From the NCBI GenBank assembly GCA_964057225.1, contig OZ059896.1, positions 13,082,001-13,146,000 on the forward strand: a stretch of 64,000 nt of DNA. The letters run 5' to 3'. This DNA is from Auanema rhodensis (lineage: Eukaryota > Animalia > Nematoda). Under the pieces are notes generated by a model, which worked only from the letters and a program-made list of their open reading frames with translations, ran no database searches and was not told the DNA's origin. This document shows, piece by piece, positions 39,338-54,574 of this stretch (position 1 is its first letter; each line of letters starts with the position of its first letter). The position numbers were made by a program, and so were the translations under genes.

Positions 39338-42300
39338 ACGTGATGTGCACATGGTATGTAACTCGCTTCCCGTGAAAGAGAAAGAAATGCGGTTCTCCAA
39401 ATTAGATTCCTCATGTCCATTTTAGTCTAATAAGAAATTTTTATTGATATTGGTGCATGGTAACCATGACTTTGAAATTTACGTGAACTTTAATTTATGC
39501 TAATTAATTGTACACGTGATGTGCACATGGTATGTAACTCGCTTCCCGTGAGAGATAAAGAGATTCAGTTCTCGAAATTAGATTACCCATGTCCATATTA
39601 GTCTAAGTACAAAGTTTTATTGATATTGGTGCATGGTAACCATGACTTTGGAATTTACGTGAACTTTAATTTATGCTAATTAATTGTACACGTGATGTGC
39701 ACATGGTATGTAACTCGCTTCCCGTGAGAGATAAAGAGATTCAGTTCTCGAAATTAGATTCCTCATGTCCATTTTAGTCTAATAACAAATTTTTATTGAT
39801 ACATGGTAACCATGACTTTGAAATTAACGTGAATTTTAATTTATGCTAATTAATTGTACACGTGATGTGCACATGGTATGTAACTCGCTTCCCGTGAGAG
39901 ATAAAGAGATTCAGTTCTCGAAATTAGATTACCCATGTCCATATTAGTCTAAGAACAAATTTTCATTGATATTGGTGCATGGTAACCATGACTTTGAAAT
40001 TTACGTGAACTTTAATTTATGCTAATTAAATGTACACGTAATGTGCACATGGTATGTAACTCGCTTCCCGTGAAAGATAAAAGAAATGCGGTTCTCAAAA
40101 TCAGATTCCTCATGTCCATTTTAGTCTAATAACAAATTTTTATTGATACATGGTAACCATGACTTTGAAATTAACGTGAACTTTAATTTATGCTAATTAA
40201 TTGTACACGTGATGTGCACATGGTATGTAACTCGCTTCCCGTTAAAGATAAAGAGATGCGGTTCTCAAAATTAGTTTACCCATGTTCATATTAGTCTGAG
40301 AACAAATTTTTATTGATATTGGTGCATGGTAATATGACTTTGAAATTTACGTGAACTTTAATTTATGCTAATTAATTGTACACGTAATGTGCACATGGTA
40401 TGTAACTCGCTTCCCGTGAAGGATATAGAAATGCGGTTTTCAAAATTAGATTCCTCATGTCCATATTAGTCTAAGAAGAAATTTTAATCGATATTGGTTC
40501 ATGGTAACCATGACTTTGAATTTTACGTGAACTTTAATTTATGCTAATTAATTGTACACGTGATGTGCACATGGTATGTAACTCGCTTCCCGTTAAAGAT
40601 AAAGAGATGCGGTTTTCAAAATTAGATTCCTCATGTCCATATTAGTCTAAGAACAAATTTTAATCGATATTGGTTCATGGTAACCATGACTTTGAAATTT
40701 ACGTGAACTTTAATTTATGCTAATTAATTGTACACGTGATGTGCACATGGTATGTAACTCGCTTCCCGTGAGAGATAAAGAGATTCAGTTCTCGAAATTA
40801 GATTACCCATGTCCATATTAGTCTAAGTACAAAGTTTTATTGATATTGGTGCATGGTAACCATGACTTTGAAATTTACGTGAACTTTAATTTATGCTAAT
40901 TAATTGTACACGTGATGTGCACATGGTATGTAACTCGCTTCCCGTTAAAGATAAAGAGATGCGGTTTTCAAAATTAGATTACCCATGTCCATATTAGTCT
41001 GAAAACAAATTTTTATTGATATTGGTTCATGGTAACCATGACTTTGAAATTTACGTGAACTTTAATTCATGCTAATTAATTGTACACGTGATGTGCACAT
41101 GGTATGTAACTCGCTTCCCGTTAAAGATAAAGAGATGCGGTTTTCAAAATTAGATTACCCATGTCCATATTAGTCTAAGAACAAATTTTCATTGATATTG
41201 GTGCATGGTAACCATGACTTTGAATTTTACGTGAACTTTAATTTATGCTAATTAATTGCACACGTGATGTGCACATGGTATGTAACTCGCTTCCCGTTAA
41301 AGATAAAGAGATGCGGTTCTCAAAATTAGTTTACCCATGTTCATATTAGTCTGAGAACAAATTTTTATTGATATTGGTTCATGGTAACCATGACTTTGAA
41401 ATTTACGTGAACTTTAATTCATGCTAATTAATTGTACACGTGATGTGCACATGGTATGTAACTCGCTTCCCGTGAAAGATAAAAGAAATGCGGTTCTCAA
41501 AATCAGATTCCTCATGTCCATTTTAGTCTAATAACAAATTTTTATTGATACATGGTAACCATGACTTTGAAATTAACGTGAACTTTAATTTATGCTAATT
41601 AATTGTACACGTGATGTGCACATGGTATGTAACTCGCTTCCCGTTAAAGATAAAGAGATGCGGTTTTCAAAATTAGATTACCCATGTCCATATTAGTGTG
41701 AGAACAAAGTTTTATTGATATTGGTGCATGGTAATATGACTTTGAAATTTACGTGAACTTTAATTTATGCTAATTAATTGTACATGTAATGTGCACATGG
41801 TATGTAACTCGCTTCCCGTGAAGGATATAGAAATGCGGTTTTCAAAATTAGATTCCTCATGTCCATATTAGTCTAAGAACAAATTTTAATCGATATTGGT
41901 TCATGGTAACCATGACTTTGAATTTTACGTGAACTTTAATTTATGCTAATTAATTGTACACGTGATGTGCACATGGTATGTAACTCGCTTCCCGTTAAAG
42001 ATAAAGAGATGCGGTTTTCAAAATTAGATTACCCATGTCCATATTAGTCTGAAAACAAATTTTTATTGATATTGGTTCATGGTAACCATGACTTTGAAAT
42101 TTACGTGAACTTTAATTCATGCTAATTAATTGTACACGTGATGTGCACATGGTATGTAACTCGCTTCCCGTTAAAGATAAAGAGATGCGGTTCTCAAAAT
42201 TAGTTTACCCATGTTCATATTAGTCTAAGAACAAATTTTAATCGATATTGGTTCATGGTAACCATGACTTTGAAATTTACGTGAACTTTAATTTATGCTA

Positions 42301-45300
42301 ATTAATTGCACACGTGATGTGCACATGGTATGTAACTCGCTTCCCGTGAGAGATAAAGAGATTCAGTTCTCGAAATTAGATTACCCATGTCCATATTAGT
42401 CTAATTACAAAGTTTTATTGATATTGGTGCATGGTAACCATGACTTTGAAATTTACGTGAACTTTAATTTATGCTAATTAATTGTACACGTGATGTGCAC
42501 ATGGTATGTAACTCGCTTCCCGTTAAAGATAAAGAGATGCGGTTTTCAAAATTAGATTCCTCATGTCCATATTAGTCTAAGAACAAATTTTAATCGATAT
42601 TGGTTCATGGTAACCATGACTTTGAATTTTACGTGAACTTTAATTTATGCTAATTAATTGTACACGTGATGTGCACATGGTATGTAACTCGCTTCCCGTT
42701 AAAGATAAAGAGATGCGGTTTTCAAAATTAGATTCCTCATGTCCATATTAGTCTAAGAACAAATTTTAATCGATATTGGTTCATGGTAACCATGACTTTG
42801 AAATTTACGTGAACTTTAATTTATGCTAATTAATTGTACACGTGATGTGCACATGGTATGTAACTCGCTTCCCGTTAAAGATAAAGAGATGCGGTTTTCA
42901 AAATTAGATTCCTCATGTCCATATTAGTCTAAGAACAAATTTTAATCGATATTGGTTCATGGTAACCATGACTTTGAAATTTACGTGAACTTTAATTTAT
43001 GCTAATTAATTGTACACGTGATGTGCACATGGTATGTAACTCGCTTCTCGTGAGAGATAAAGAGATTCAGTTCTCGAAATTAGATTCCTCATGTCCATTT
43101 TAGTCTAATAACAAATTTTTATTGATACATGGTAACCATGACTTTGAAATTAACGTGAATTTTAATTTATGCTAATTAATTGTACACGTGATGTGCACAT
43201 GGTATGTAACTCGCTTCCCGTTAAAGATAAAGAGATGCGGTTCTCAAAATTAGTTTACCCATGTTCATATTAGTCTGAGAACAAATTTTTATTGATATTG
43301 GTGCATGGTAATATGACTTTGAAATTTACGTGAACTTTAATTTATGCTAATTAATTGTACACGTAATGTGCACATGGTATGTAACTCGCTTCCCGTGAAG
43401 GATATAGAAATGCGGTTTTCAAAATTAGATTCCTCATGTCCATATTAGTCTAAGAACAAATTTTAATCGATATTGGTTCATGGTAACCATGACTTTGAAT
43501 TTTACGTGAACTTTAATTTATGCTAATTAATTGTACACGTGATGTGCACATGGTATGTAACTCGCTTCCCGTTAAAGATAAAGAGATGCGGTTTTCAAAA
43601 TTAGATTCCTCATGTCCATATTAGTCTAAGAACAAATTTTAATCGATATTGGTTCATGGTAACCATGACTTTGAAATTTACGTGAACTTTAATTTATGCT
43701 AATTAATTGTACACGTGATGTGCACATGGTATGTAACTCGCTTCCCGTGAGAGATAAAGAGATTCAGTTCTCGAAATTAGATTACCCATGTCCATATTAG
43801 TCTAAGTACAAAGTTTTATTGATATTGGTGCATGGTAACCATGACTTTGAAATTTACGTGAACTTTAATTTATGCTAATTAATTGTACACGTGATGTGCA
43901 CATGGTATGTAACTCGCTTCCCGTTAAAGATAAAGAGATGCGGTTTTCAAAATTAGATTACCCATGTCCATATTAGTCTGAAAACAAATTTTTATTGATA
44001 TTGGTTCATGGTAACCATGACTTTGAAATTTACGTGAACTTTAATTCATGCTAATTAATTGTACACGTGATGTGCACATGGTATGTAACTCGCTTCCCGT
44101 TAAAGATAAAGAGATGCGGTTTTCAAAATTAGATTACCCATGTCCATATTAGTCTAAGAACAAATTTTCATTGATATTGGTGCATGGTAACCATGACTTT
44201 GAATTTTACGTGAACTTTAATTTATGCTAATTAATTGCACACGTGATGTGCACATGGTATGTAACTCGCTTCCCGTTAAAGATAAAGAGATGCGGTTCTC
44301 AAAATTAGTTTACCCATGTTCATATTAGTCTGAGAACAAATTTTTATTGATATTGGTTCATGGTAACCATGACTTTGAAATTTACGTGAACTTTAATTCA
44401 TGCTAATTAATTGTACACGTGATGTGCACATGGTATGTAACTCGCTTCCCGTTAAAGATAAAGAGATGCGGTTTTCAAAATTAGATTACCCATGTCCATA
44501 TTAGTCTAAGAACAAATTTTAATCGATATTGGTTCATGGTAACCATGACTTTGAAATTTACGTGAACTTTAATTTATGCTAATTAAATGTACACGTAATG
44601 TGCACATGGTATGTAACTCGCTTCCCGTGAAAGATAAAAGAAATGCGGTTCTCAAAATCAGATTCCTCATGTCCATTTTAGTCTAATAACAAATTTTTAT
44701 TGATACATGGTAACCATGACTTTGAAATTAACGTGAACTTTAATTTATGCTAATTAATTGTACACGTGATGTGCACATGGTATGTAACTCGCTTCCCGTT
44801 AAAGATAAAGAGATGCGGTTTTCAAAATTAGATTACCCATGTCCATATTAGTGTGAGAACAAAGTTTTATTGATATTGGTGCATGGTAATATGACTTTGA
44901 AATTTACGTGAACTTTAATTTATGCTAATTAATTGTACATGTAATGTGCACATGGTATGTAACTCGCTTCCCGTGAAGGATATAGAAATGCGGTTTTCAA
45001 AATTAGATTCCTCATGTCCATATTAGTCTAAGAACAAATTTTAATCGATATTGGTTCATGGTAACCATGACTTTGAATTTTACGTGAACTTTAATTTATG
45101 CTAATTAATTGTACACGTGATGTGCACATGGTATGTAACTCGCTTCCCGTTAAAGATAAAGAGATGCGGTTTTCAAAATTAGATTACCCATGTCCATATT
45201 AGTCTGAAAACAAATTTTTATTGATATTGGTTCATGGTAACCATGACTTTGAAATTTACGTGAACTTTAATTCATGCTAATTAATTGTACACGTGATGTG

Positions 45301-47576
45301 CACATGGTATGTAACTCGCTTCCCGTTAAAGATAAAGAGATGCGGTTCTCAAAATTAGTTTACCCATGTTCATATTAGTCTAAGAACAAATTTTAATCGA
45401 TATTGGTTCATGGTAACCATGACTTTGAAATTTACGTGAACTTTAATTTATGCTAATTAATTGCACACGTGATGTGCACATGGTATGTAACTCGCTTCCC
45501 GTGAGAGATAAAGAGATTCAGTTCTCGAAATTAGATTACCCATGTCCATATTAGTCTAATTACAAAGTTTTATTGATATTGGTGCATGGTAACCATGACT
45601 TTGAAATTTACGTGAACTTTAATTTATGCTAATTAATTGTACACGTGATGTGCACATGGTATGTAACTCGCTTCCCGTTAAAGATAAAGAGATGCGGTTT
45701 TCAAAATTAGATTCCTCATGTCCATATTAGTCTAAGAACAAATTTTAATCGATATTGGTTCATGGTAACCATGACTTTGAAATTTACGTGAACTTTAATT
45801 TATGCTAATTAATTGTACACGTGATGTGCACATGGTATGTAACTCGCTTCCCGTTAAAGATAAAGAGATGCGGTTTTCAAAATTAGATTCCTCATGTCCA
45901 TATTAGTCTAAGAACAAATTTTAATCGATATTGGTTCATGGTAACCATGACTTTGAAATTTACGTGAACTTTAATTCATGCTAATTAATTGTACACGTGA
46001 TGTGCACATGGTATGTAACTCGCTTCCCGTGAGAGATAAAGAGATTCAGTTCTCGAAATTAGATTACCCATGTCCATATTAGTCTAATTACAAAGTTTTA
46101 TTGATATTGGTGCATGGTAACCATGACTTTGAAATTTACGTGAACTTTAATTTATGCTAATTAATTGTACACGTGATGTGCACATGGTATGTAACTCGCT
46201 TCCCGTTAAAGATAAAGAGATGCGGTTTTCAAAATTAGATTCCTCATGTCCATATTAGTCTAAGAACAAATTTTAATCGATATTGGTTCATGGTAACCAT
46301 GACTTTGAAATTTACGTGAACTTTAATTTATGCTAATTAATTGTACACGTGATGTGCACATGGTATGTAACTCGCTTCCCGTTAAAGATAAAGAGATGCG
46401 GTTTTCAAAATTAGATTCCTCATGTCCATATTAGTCTAAGAACAAATTTTAATCGATATTGGTTCATGGTAACCATGACTTTGAAATTTACGTGAACTTT
46501 AATTTATGCTAATTAATTGTACACGTGATGTGCACATGGTATGTAACTCGCTTCTCGTGAGAGATAAAGAGATTCAGTTCTCGAAATTAGATTCCTCATG
46601 TCCATTTTAGTCTAATAACAAATTTTTATTGATACATGGTAACCATGACTTTGAAATTAACGTGAATTTTAATTTATGCTAATTAATTGTACACGTGATG
46701 TGCACATGGTATGTAACTCGCTTCCCGTTAAAGATAAAGAGATGCGGTTTTCAAAATTAGATTACCCATGTCCATATTAGTCTGAAAACAAAGTTTTATT
46801 GATATTGGTGCATGGTAACCATGACTTTGAAATTTACGTGAACTTTAATTTATGCTAATTAATTGTACACGTGATGTGCACATGGTATGTAACTCGCTTC
46901 CCGTTAAAGATAAAGAGATGCGGTTTTCAAAATTAGATTACCCATGTCCATATTAGTCTGAAAACAAATTTTTATTGATATTGGTTCATGGTAACCATGA
47001 CTTTGAAATTTACGTGAACTTTAATTCATGCTAATTAATTGTACACGTGATGTGCACATGGTATGTAACTCGCTTCCCGTTAAAGATAAAGAGATGCGGT
47101 TTTCAAAATTAGATTACCCATGTCCATATTAGTCTAAGAACAAATTTTCATTGATATTGGTGCATGGTAACCATGACTTTGAAATTTACGTGAACTTTAA
47201 TTTATGCTAATTAATTGCACACGTGATGTGCACATGGTATGTAACTCGCTTCCCGTTAAAGATAAAGAGATGCGGTTCTCAAAATTAGTTTACCCATGTT
47301 CATATTAGTCTGAGAACAAATTTTTATTGATATTGGTTCATGGTAACCATGACTTTGAAATTTACGTGAACTTTAATTTATGCTAATTAATTGTACACGT
47401 GATGTGCACATGGTATGTAACTCGCTTCCCGTTAAAGATAAAGAGATGCGGTTTTCAAAATTAGATTACCCATGTCCATATTAGTCTAAGTACAAATTTT
47501 TATTGATATTGGTTCATGGTAACCATGACTTTGAAATTTACGTGAACTTTAATTTATGCTAATTAATTGTACACGT

Positions 47577-47747
47577 TTGAACGGGTTTATTGTTCGAATC
47601 ACAGGTTATAATCGGAAAACAAGGTTAATAAATCGGGAAAATTGCAGATATTCAAAAGAACCTTACAATACAAACATACTTGTAATAATTGACTAAATAT
47701 ATGTACAAGAAACAGGTTCAGCATATTTCCTTTTACAATGATATAAA
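47577..47747 (-). mobile_element. 171-bp insert copy 2
   Basis: Same sequence and ACGT flanks as copy 1. Confidence 0.75.
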
Positions 47748-48455
47748 ACGTGATGTGCACATGGTATGTAACTCGCTTCCCGTGAAAGAGAAAGAAATGC
47801 GGTTCTCCAAATTAGATTACCCATGTCCATATTAGTCTAAGAACAAATTTTCATTGATATTGGTGCATGGTAACCATGACTTTGAAATTTACGTGAACTT
47901 TAATTCATGCTAATTAATTGTACACGTGATGTGCACATGGTATGTAACTCGCTTCCCGTTAAAGATAAAGAGATGCGGTTTTCAAAATTAGATTACCCAT
48001 GTCCATATTAGTCTAAGAACAAATTTTCATTGATATTGGTGCATGGTAACCATGACTTTGAAATTTACGTGAACTTTAATTTATGCTAATTAATTGCACA
48101 CGTGATGTGCACATGGTATGTAACTCGCTTCCCGTTAAAGATAAAGAGATGCGGTTCTCAAAATTAGTTTACCCATGTTCATATTAGTCTGAGAACAAAT
48201 TTTTATTGATATTGGTTCATGGTAACCATGACTTTGAAATTTACGTGAACTTTAATTTATGCTAATTAATTGTACACGTGATGTGCACATGGTATGTAAC
48301 TCGCTTCCCTTGAGAGATAAAGAGATTCAGTTCTCGAAATTAGATTACCCATGTCCATATTAGTCTAAGTACAAAGTTTTATTGATATTGGTGCATGGTA
48401 ACCATGACTTTGGAATTTACGTGAACTTTAATTTATGCTAATTAATTGTACACGT

Positions 48456-48626
48456 TTGAACGGGTTTATTGTTCGAATCACAGGTTATAATCGGAAAACA
48501 AGGTTAATAAATCGGGAAAATTGCAGATATTCAAAAGAACCTTACAATACAAACATACTTGTAAAAATTGACTAAATATATGTACAAGAAACAGGTTCAG
48601 CATATTTCCTTTTACAATGATATAAA
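48456..48626 (-). mobile_element. 171-bp insert copy 3
   Basis: Same junctions; private variant GTAAAAATTG. Confidence 0.75.
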
Positions 48627-51251
48627 ACGTGATGTGCACATGGTATGTAACTCGCTTCCCGTGAAAGATAAAGAAATGCGGTTTTCAAAATTAGATTCCT
48701 CATGTCCATTTTAGTCTAATAACAAATTTTTATTGATACATGGTAACCATGACTTTGAAATTAACGTGAATTTTAATTTATGCTAATTAATTGTACACGT
48801 GATGTGCACATGGTATGTAACTCGCTTCCCGTTAAAGATAAAGAGATGCGGTTTTCAAAATTAGATTACCCATGTCCATATTAGTCTGAAAACAAATTTT
48901 TATTGATATTGGTTCATGGTAACCATGACTTTGAAATTTACGTGAACTTTAATTCATGCTAATTAATTGTACACGTGATGTGCACATGGTATGTAACTCG
49001 CTTCCCGTTAAAGATAAAGAGATGCGGTTTTCAAAATTAGATTACCCATGTCCATATTAGTCTGAAAACAAATTTTTATTGATATTGGTTCATGGTAACC
49101 ATGACTTTGAAATTTACGTGAACTTTAATTTATGCTAATTAAATGTACACGTAATGTGCACATGGTATGTAACTCGCTTCCCGTGAAGGATATAGAAATG
49201 CGGTTTTCAAAATTAGATTCCTCTTGTCCATTTTAGTCTAATAACAAATTTTTATTGATACATGGTAACCATGACTTTGAAATTAACGTGAACTTTAATT
49301 TATGCTAATTAATTGTACACGTGATGTGCACATGGTATGTAACTCGCTTCCCGTTAAAGATAAAGAGATGCGGTTTTCAAAATTAGATTACCCATGTCCA
49401 TATTAGTGTGAGAACAAAGTTTTATTGATATTGGTGCATGGTAATATGACTTTGAAATTTACGTGAACTTTAATTTATGCTAATTAATTGTACACCTAAT
49501 GTGCACATGGTATGTAACTCGCTTCCCGTGAAGGATATAGAAATGCGGTTTTCAAAATTAGATTCCTCTTGTCCATATTAGTCTAAGAACAAATTTTAAT
49601 CGATATTGGTTCATGGTAACCATGACTTTGAATTTTACGTGAACTTTAATTTATGCTAATTAATTGTACACGTGATGTGCACATGGTATGTAACTCGCTT
49701 CCCGTTAAAGATAAAGAGATGCGGTTTTCAAAATTAGATTCCTCATGTCCATATTAGTCTAAGAACAAATTTTAATCGATATTGGTTCATGGTAACCATG
49801 ACTTTGAAATTAACGTGAATTTTAATTTATGCTAATTAATTGTACACGTGATGTGCACATGGTATGTAACTCGCTTCCCGTGAGAGATAAAGAGATTCAG
49901 TTCTCGAAATTAGATTACCCATGTCCATATTAGTCTAAGTACAAAGTTTTATTGATATTGGTGCATGGTAACCATGACTTTGAAATTTACGTGAACTTTA
50001 ATTTATGCTAATTAATTGTACACGTGATGTGCACATGGTATGTAACTCGCTTCCCGTTAAAGATAAAGAGATGCGGTTTTCAAAATTAGATTACCCATGT
50101 CCATATTAGTCTGAAATCAAATTTTTATTGATATTGGTTCATGGTAACCATGACTTTGAAATTTACGTGAACTTTAATTCATGCTAATTAATTGTACACG
50201 TGATGTGCACATGGTATGTAACTCGCTTCCCGTTAAAGATAAAGAGATGCGGTTTTCAAAATTAGATTCCTCATGTCCATATTAGTCTAAGAACAAATTT
50301 TAATCGATATTGGTTCATGGTAACCATGACTTTGAAATTTACGTGAACTTTAATTTATGCTAATTAATTGTACACGTGATGTGCACATGGTATGTAACTC
50401 GCTTCCCGTGAGAGATAAAGAGATTCAGTTCTCGAAATTAGATTCCTCATGTCCATTTTAGTCTAATAACAAATTTTTATTGATACATGGTAACCATGAC
50501 TTTGAAATTAACGTGAATTTTAATTTATGCTAATTAATTGTACACGTGATGTGCACATGGTATGTAACTCGCTTCCCGTGAGAGATAAAGAGATTCAGTT
50601 CTCGAAATTAGATTACCCATGTCCATATTAGTCTGAAAACAAATTTTTATTGATATTGGTTCATGGTAACCATGACTTTGAAATTTACGTGAACTTTAAT
50701 TTATGCTAATAAATTGTACACGTGATGTGCACATGGTATGTAACTCGCTTCCCGTTAAAGATAAAGAGATGCGGTTTTCAAAATTAGATTACCCATGTCC
50801 ATATTAGTCTGAAAACAAATTTTTATTGATATTGGTTCATGGTAACCATGACTTTGAAATTTACGTGAACTTTAATTCATGCTAATTAATTGTACACGTG
50901 ATGTGCACATGGTATGTAACTCGCTTCCCGTTAAAGATAAAGAGATGCGGTTTTCAAAATTAGATTACCCATGTCCATATTAGTCTAAGAACAAATTTTC
51001 ATTGATATTGGTGCATGGTAACCATGACTTTGAAATTTACGTGAACTTTAATTTATGCTAATTAATTGTACACGTGATGTGCACATGGTATGTAACTCGC
51101 TTCCCGTCAAAGATAAAGAGATGCGGTTTTCAAAATTAGATTACCCATGTCCATATTAGTCTAAGTACAAATTTTTATTGATATTGGTTCATGGTAACCA
51201 TGACTTTGAAATTTACGTGAACTTTAATTTATGCTAATTAATTGTACACGT

Positions 51252-51422
51252 TTGAACGGGTTTATTGTTCGAATCACAGGTTATAATCGGAAAACAAGGT
51301 TAATAAATCGGGAAAATTGCAGATATTCAAAAGAACCTTACAATACAAACATACTTGTAATAATTGACTAAATATATGTACAAGAAACAGGTTCAGCATA
51401 TTTCCTTTTACAATGATATAAA
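51252..51422 (-). mobile_element. 171-bp insert copy 4
   Basis: Same sequence and junctions. Confidence 0.75.
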
Positions 51423-51778
51423 ACGTGATGTGCACATGGTATGTAACTCGCTTCCCGTGAAAGAGAAAGAAATGCGGTTCTCCAAATTAGATTCCTCATG
51501 TCCATTTTAGTCTAATAAGAAATTTTTATTGATATTGGTGCATGGTAACCATGACTTTGAAATTTACGTGAACTTTAATTTATGCTAATTAATTGTACAC
51601 GTGATGTGCACATGGTATGTAACTCGCTTCCCGTGAGAGATAAAGAGATTCAGTTCTCGAAATTAGATTACCCATGTCCATATTAGTCTAAGTACAAAGT
51701 TTTATTGATATTGGTGCATGGTAACCATGACTTTGGAATTTACGTGAACTTTAATTTATGCTAATTAATTGTACACGT

Positions 51779-51949
51779 TTGAACGGGTTTATTGTTCGAA
51801 TCACAGGTTATAATCGGAAAACAAGGTTAATAAATCGGGAAAATTGCAGATATTCAAAAGAACCTTACAATACAAACATACTTGTAATAATTGACTAAAT
51901 ATATGTACAAGAAACAGGTTCAGCATATTTCCTTTTACAATGATATAAA
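51779..51949 (-). mobile_element. 171-bp insert copy 5
   Basis: Same sequence and junctions; 527 bp after copy 4. Confidence 0.75.
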
Positions 51950-53349
51950 ACGTGATGTGCACATGGTATGTAACTCGCTTCCCGTGAAAGATAAAGAAAT
52001 GCGGTTTTCAAAATTAGATTCCTCATGTCCATTTTAGTCTAATAACAAATTTTTATTGATACATGGTAACCATGACTTTGAAATTAACGTGAATTTTAAT
52101 TTATGCTAATTAATTGTACACGTGATGTGCACATGGTATGTAACTCGCTTCCCGTTAAAGATAAAGAGATGCGGTTTTCAAAATTAGATTCCTCATGTCC
52201 ATATTAGTCTAAGAACAAATTTTAATCAATATTGGTTCATGGTAACCATGACTTTGAAATTTACGTGAACTTTAATTTATGCTAATTAATTGTACACGTG
52301 ATGTGCACATGGTATGTAACTCGCTTCCCGTGAGAGATAAAGAGATTCAGTTCTCGAAATTAGATTCCTCATGTCCATTTTAGTCTAATAACAAATTTTT
52401 ATTGATACATGGTAACCATGACTTTGAAATTAACGGGAATTTTAATTTATGCTAATTAATTGTACACGTGATGTGCACATGGTATGTAACTCGCTTCCCG
52501 TGAGAGATAAAGAGATTCAGTTCTCGAAATTAGATTACCCATGTCCATATTAGTCTAAGTACAAAGTTTTATTGATATTGGTGCATGGTAACCATGACTT
52601 TGAAATTTACGTGAACTTTAATTTATGCTAATAAATTGTACACGTGATGTGCACATGGTATGTAACTCGCTTCCCGTTAAAGATAAAGAGATGCGGTTTT
52701 CAAAATTAGATTACCCATGTCCATATTAGTCTGAAAACAAATTTTTATTGATATTGGTTCATGGTAACCATGACTTTGAAATTTACGTGAACTTTAATTC
52801 ATGCTAATTAATTGTACACGTGATGTGCACATGGTATGTAACTCGCTTCCCGTTAAAGATAAAGAGATGCGGTTTTCAAAATTAGATTACCCATGTCCAT
52901 ATTAGTCTAAGAACAAATTTTCATTGATATTGGTGCATGGTAACCATGACTTTGAAATTTACGTGAACTTTAATTTATGCTAATTAATTGCACACGTGAT
53001 GTGCACATGGTATGTAACTCGCTTCCCGTTAAAGATAAAGAGATGCGGTTCTCAAAATTAGTTTACCCATGTTCATATTAGTCTGAGAACAAATTCTTAT
53101 TGATATTGGTTCATGGTAACCATGACTTTGAAATTTACGTGAACTTTAATTTATGCTAATTAATTGTACACGTGATGTGCACATGGTATGTAACTCGCTT
53201 CCCGTTAAAGATAAAGAGATGCGGTTTTCAAAATTAGATTACCCATGTCCATATTAGTCTAAGTACAAATTTTTATTGATATTGGTTCATGGTAACCATG
53301 ACTTTGAAATTTACGTGAACTTTAATTTATGCTAATTAATTGTACACGT

Positions 53350-53520
53350 TTGAACGGGTTTATTGTTCGAATCACAGGTTATAATCGGAAAACAAGGTTA
53401 ATAAATCGGGAAAATTGCAGATATTCAAAAGAACCTTACAATACAAACATACTTGTAATAATTGACTAAATATATGTACAAGAAACAGGTTCAGCATATT
53501 TCCTTTTACAATGATATAAA
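53350..53520 (-). mobile_element. 171-bp insert copy 6
   Basis: Same sequence and junctions. Confidence 0.75.
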
Positions 53521-53876
53521 ACGTGATGTGCACATGGTATGTAACTCGCTTCCCGTGAAAGAGAAAGAAATGCGGTTCTCCAAATTAGATTCCTCATGTC
53601 CATTTTAGTCTAATAAGAAATTTTTATTGATATTGGTGCATGGTAACCATGACTTTGAAATTTACGTGAACTTTAATTTATGCTAATTAATTGTACACGT
53701 GATGTGCACATGGTATGTAACTCGCTTCCCGTGAGAGATAAAGAGATTCAGTTCTCGAAATTAGATTACCCATGTCCATATTAGTCTAAGTACAAAGTTT
53801 TATTGATATTGGTGCATGGTAACCATGACTTTGGAATTTACGTGAACTTTAATTTATGCTAATTAATTGTACACGT

Positions 53877-54047
53877 TTGAACGGGTTTATTGTTCGAATC
53901 ACAGGTTATAATCGGAAAACAAGGTTAATAAATCGGGAAAATTGCAGATATTCAAAAGAACCTTACAATACAAACATACTTGTAATAATTGACTAAATAT
54001 ATGTACAAGAAACAGGTTCAGCATATTTCCTTTTACAATGATATAAA
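53877..54047 (-). mobile_element. 171-bp insert copy 7
   Basis: Same sequence and junctions; 527 bp after copy 6. Confidence 0.75.
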
Positions 54048-54403
54048 ACGTGATGTGCACATGGTATGTAACTCGCTTCCCGTGAAAGAGAAAGAAATGC
54101 GGTTCTCCAAATTAGATTCCTCATGTCCATTTTAGTCTAATAAGAAATTTTTATTGATATTGGTGCATGGTAACCATGACTTTGAAATTTACGTGAACTT
54201 TAATTTATGCTAATTAATTGTACACGTGATGTGCACATGGTATGTAACTCGCTTCCCGTGAGAGATAAAGAGATTCAGTTCTCGAAATTAGATTACCCAT
54301 GTCCATATTAGTCTAAGTACAAAGTTTTATTGATATTGGTGCATGGTAACCATGACTTTGGAATTTACGTGAACTTTAATTTATGCTAATTAATTGTACA
54401 CGT

Positions 54404-54574
54404 TTGAACGGGTTTATTGTTCGAATCACAGGTTATAATCGGAAAACAAGGTTAATAAATCGGGAAAATTGCAGATATTCAAATGAACCTTACAATACAA
54501 ACATACTTGTAATAATTGACTAAATATATGTACAAGAAACAGGTTCAGCATATTTCCTTTTACAATGATATAAA
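54404..54574 (-). mobile_element. 171-bp insert copy 8
   Basis: Same junctions; private variant TTCAAATGAACC; 527 bp after copy 7. Confidence 0.75.

Noticed and set aside
39167-54574. Inserts as CRISPR-like spacers or as a MITE/DNA transposon
   Set aside because: All copies are the same sequence and there are no cas genes. Ends share only TT/AA beyond the palindromic ACGT, so there are no terminal inverted repeats.
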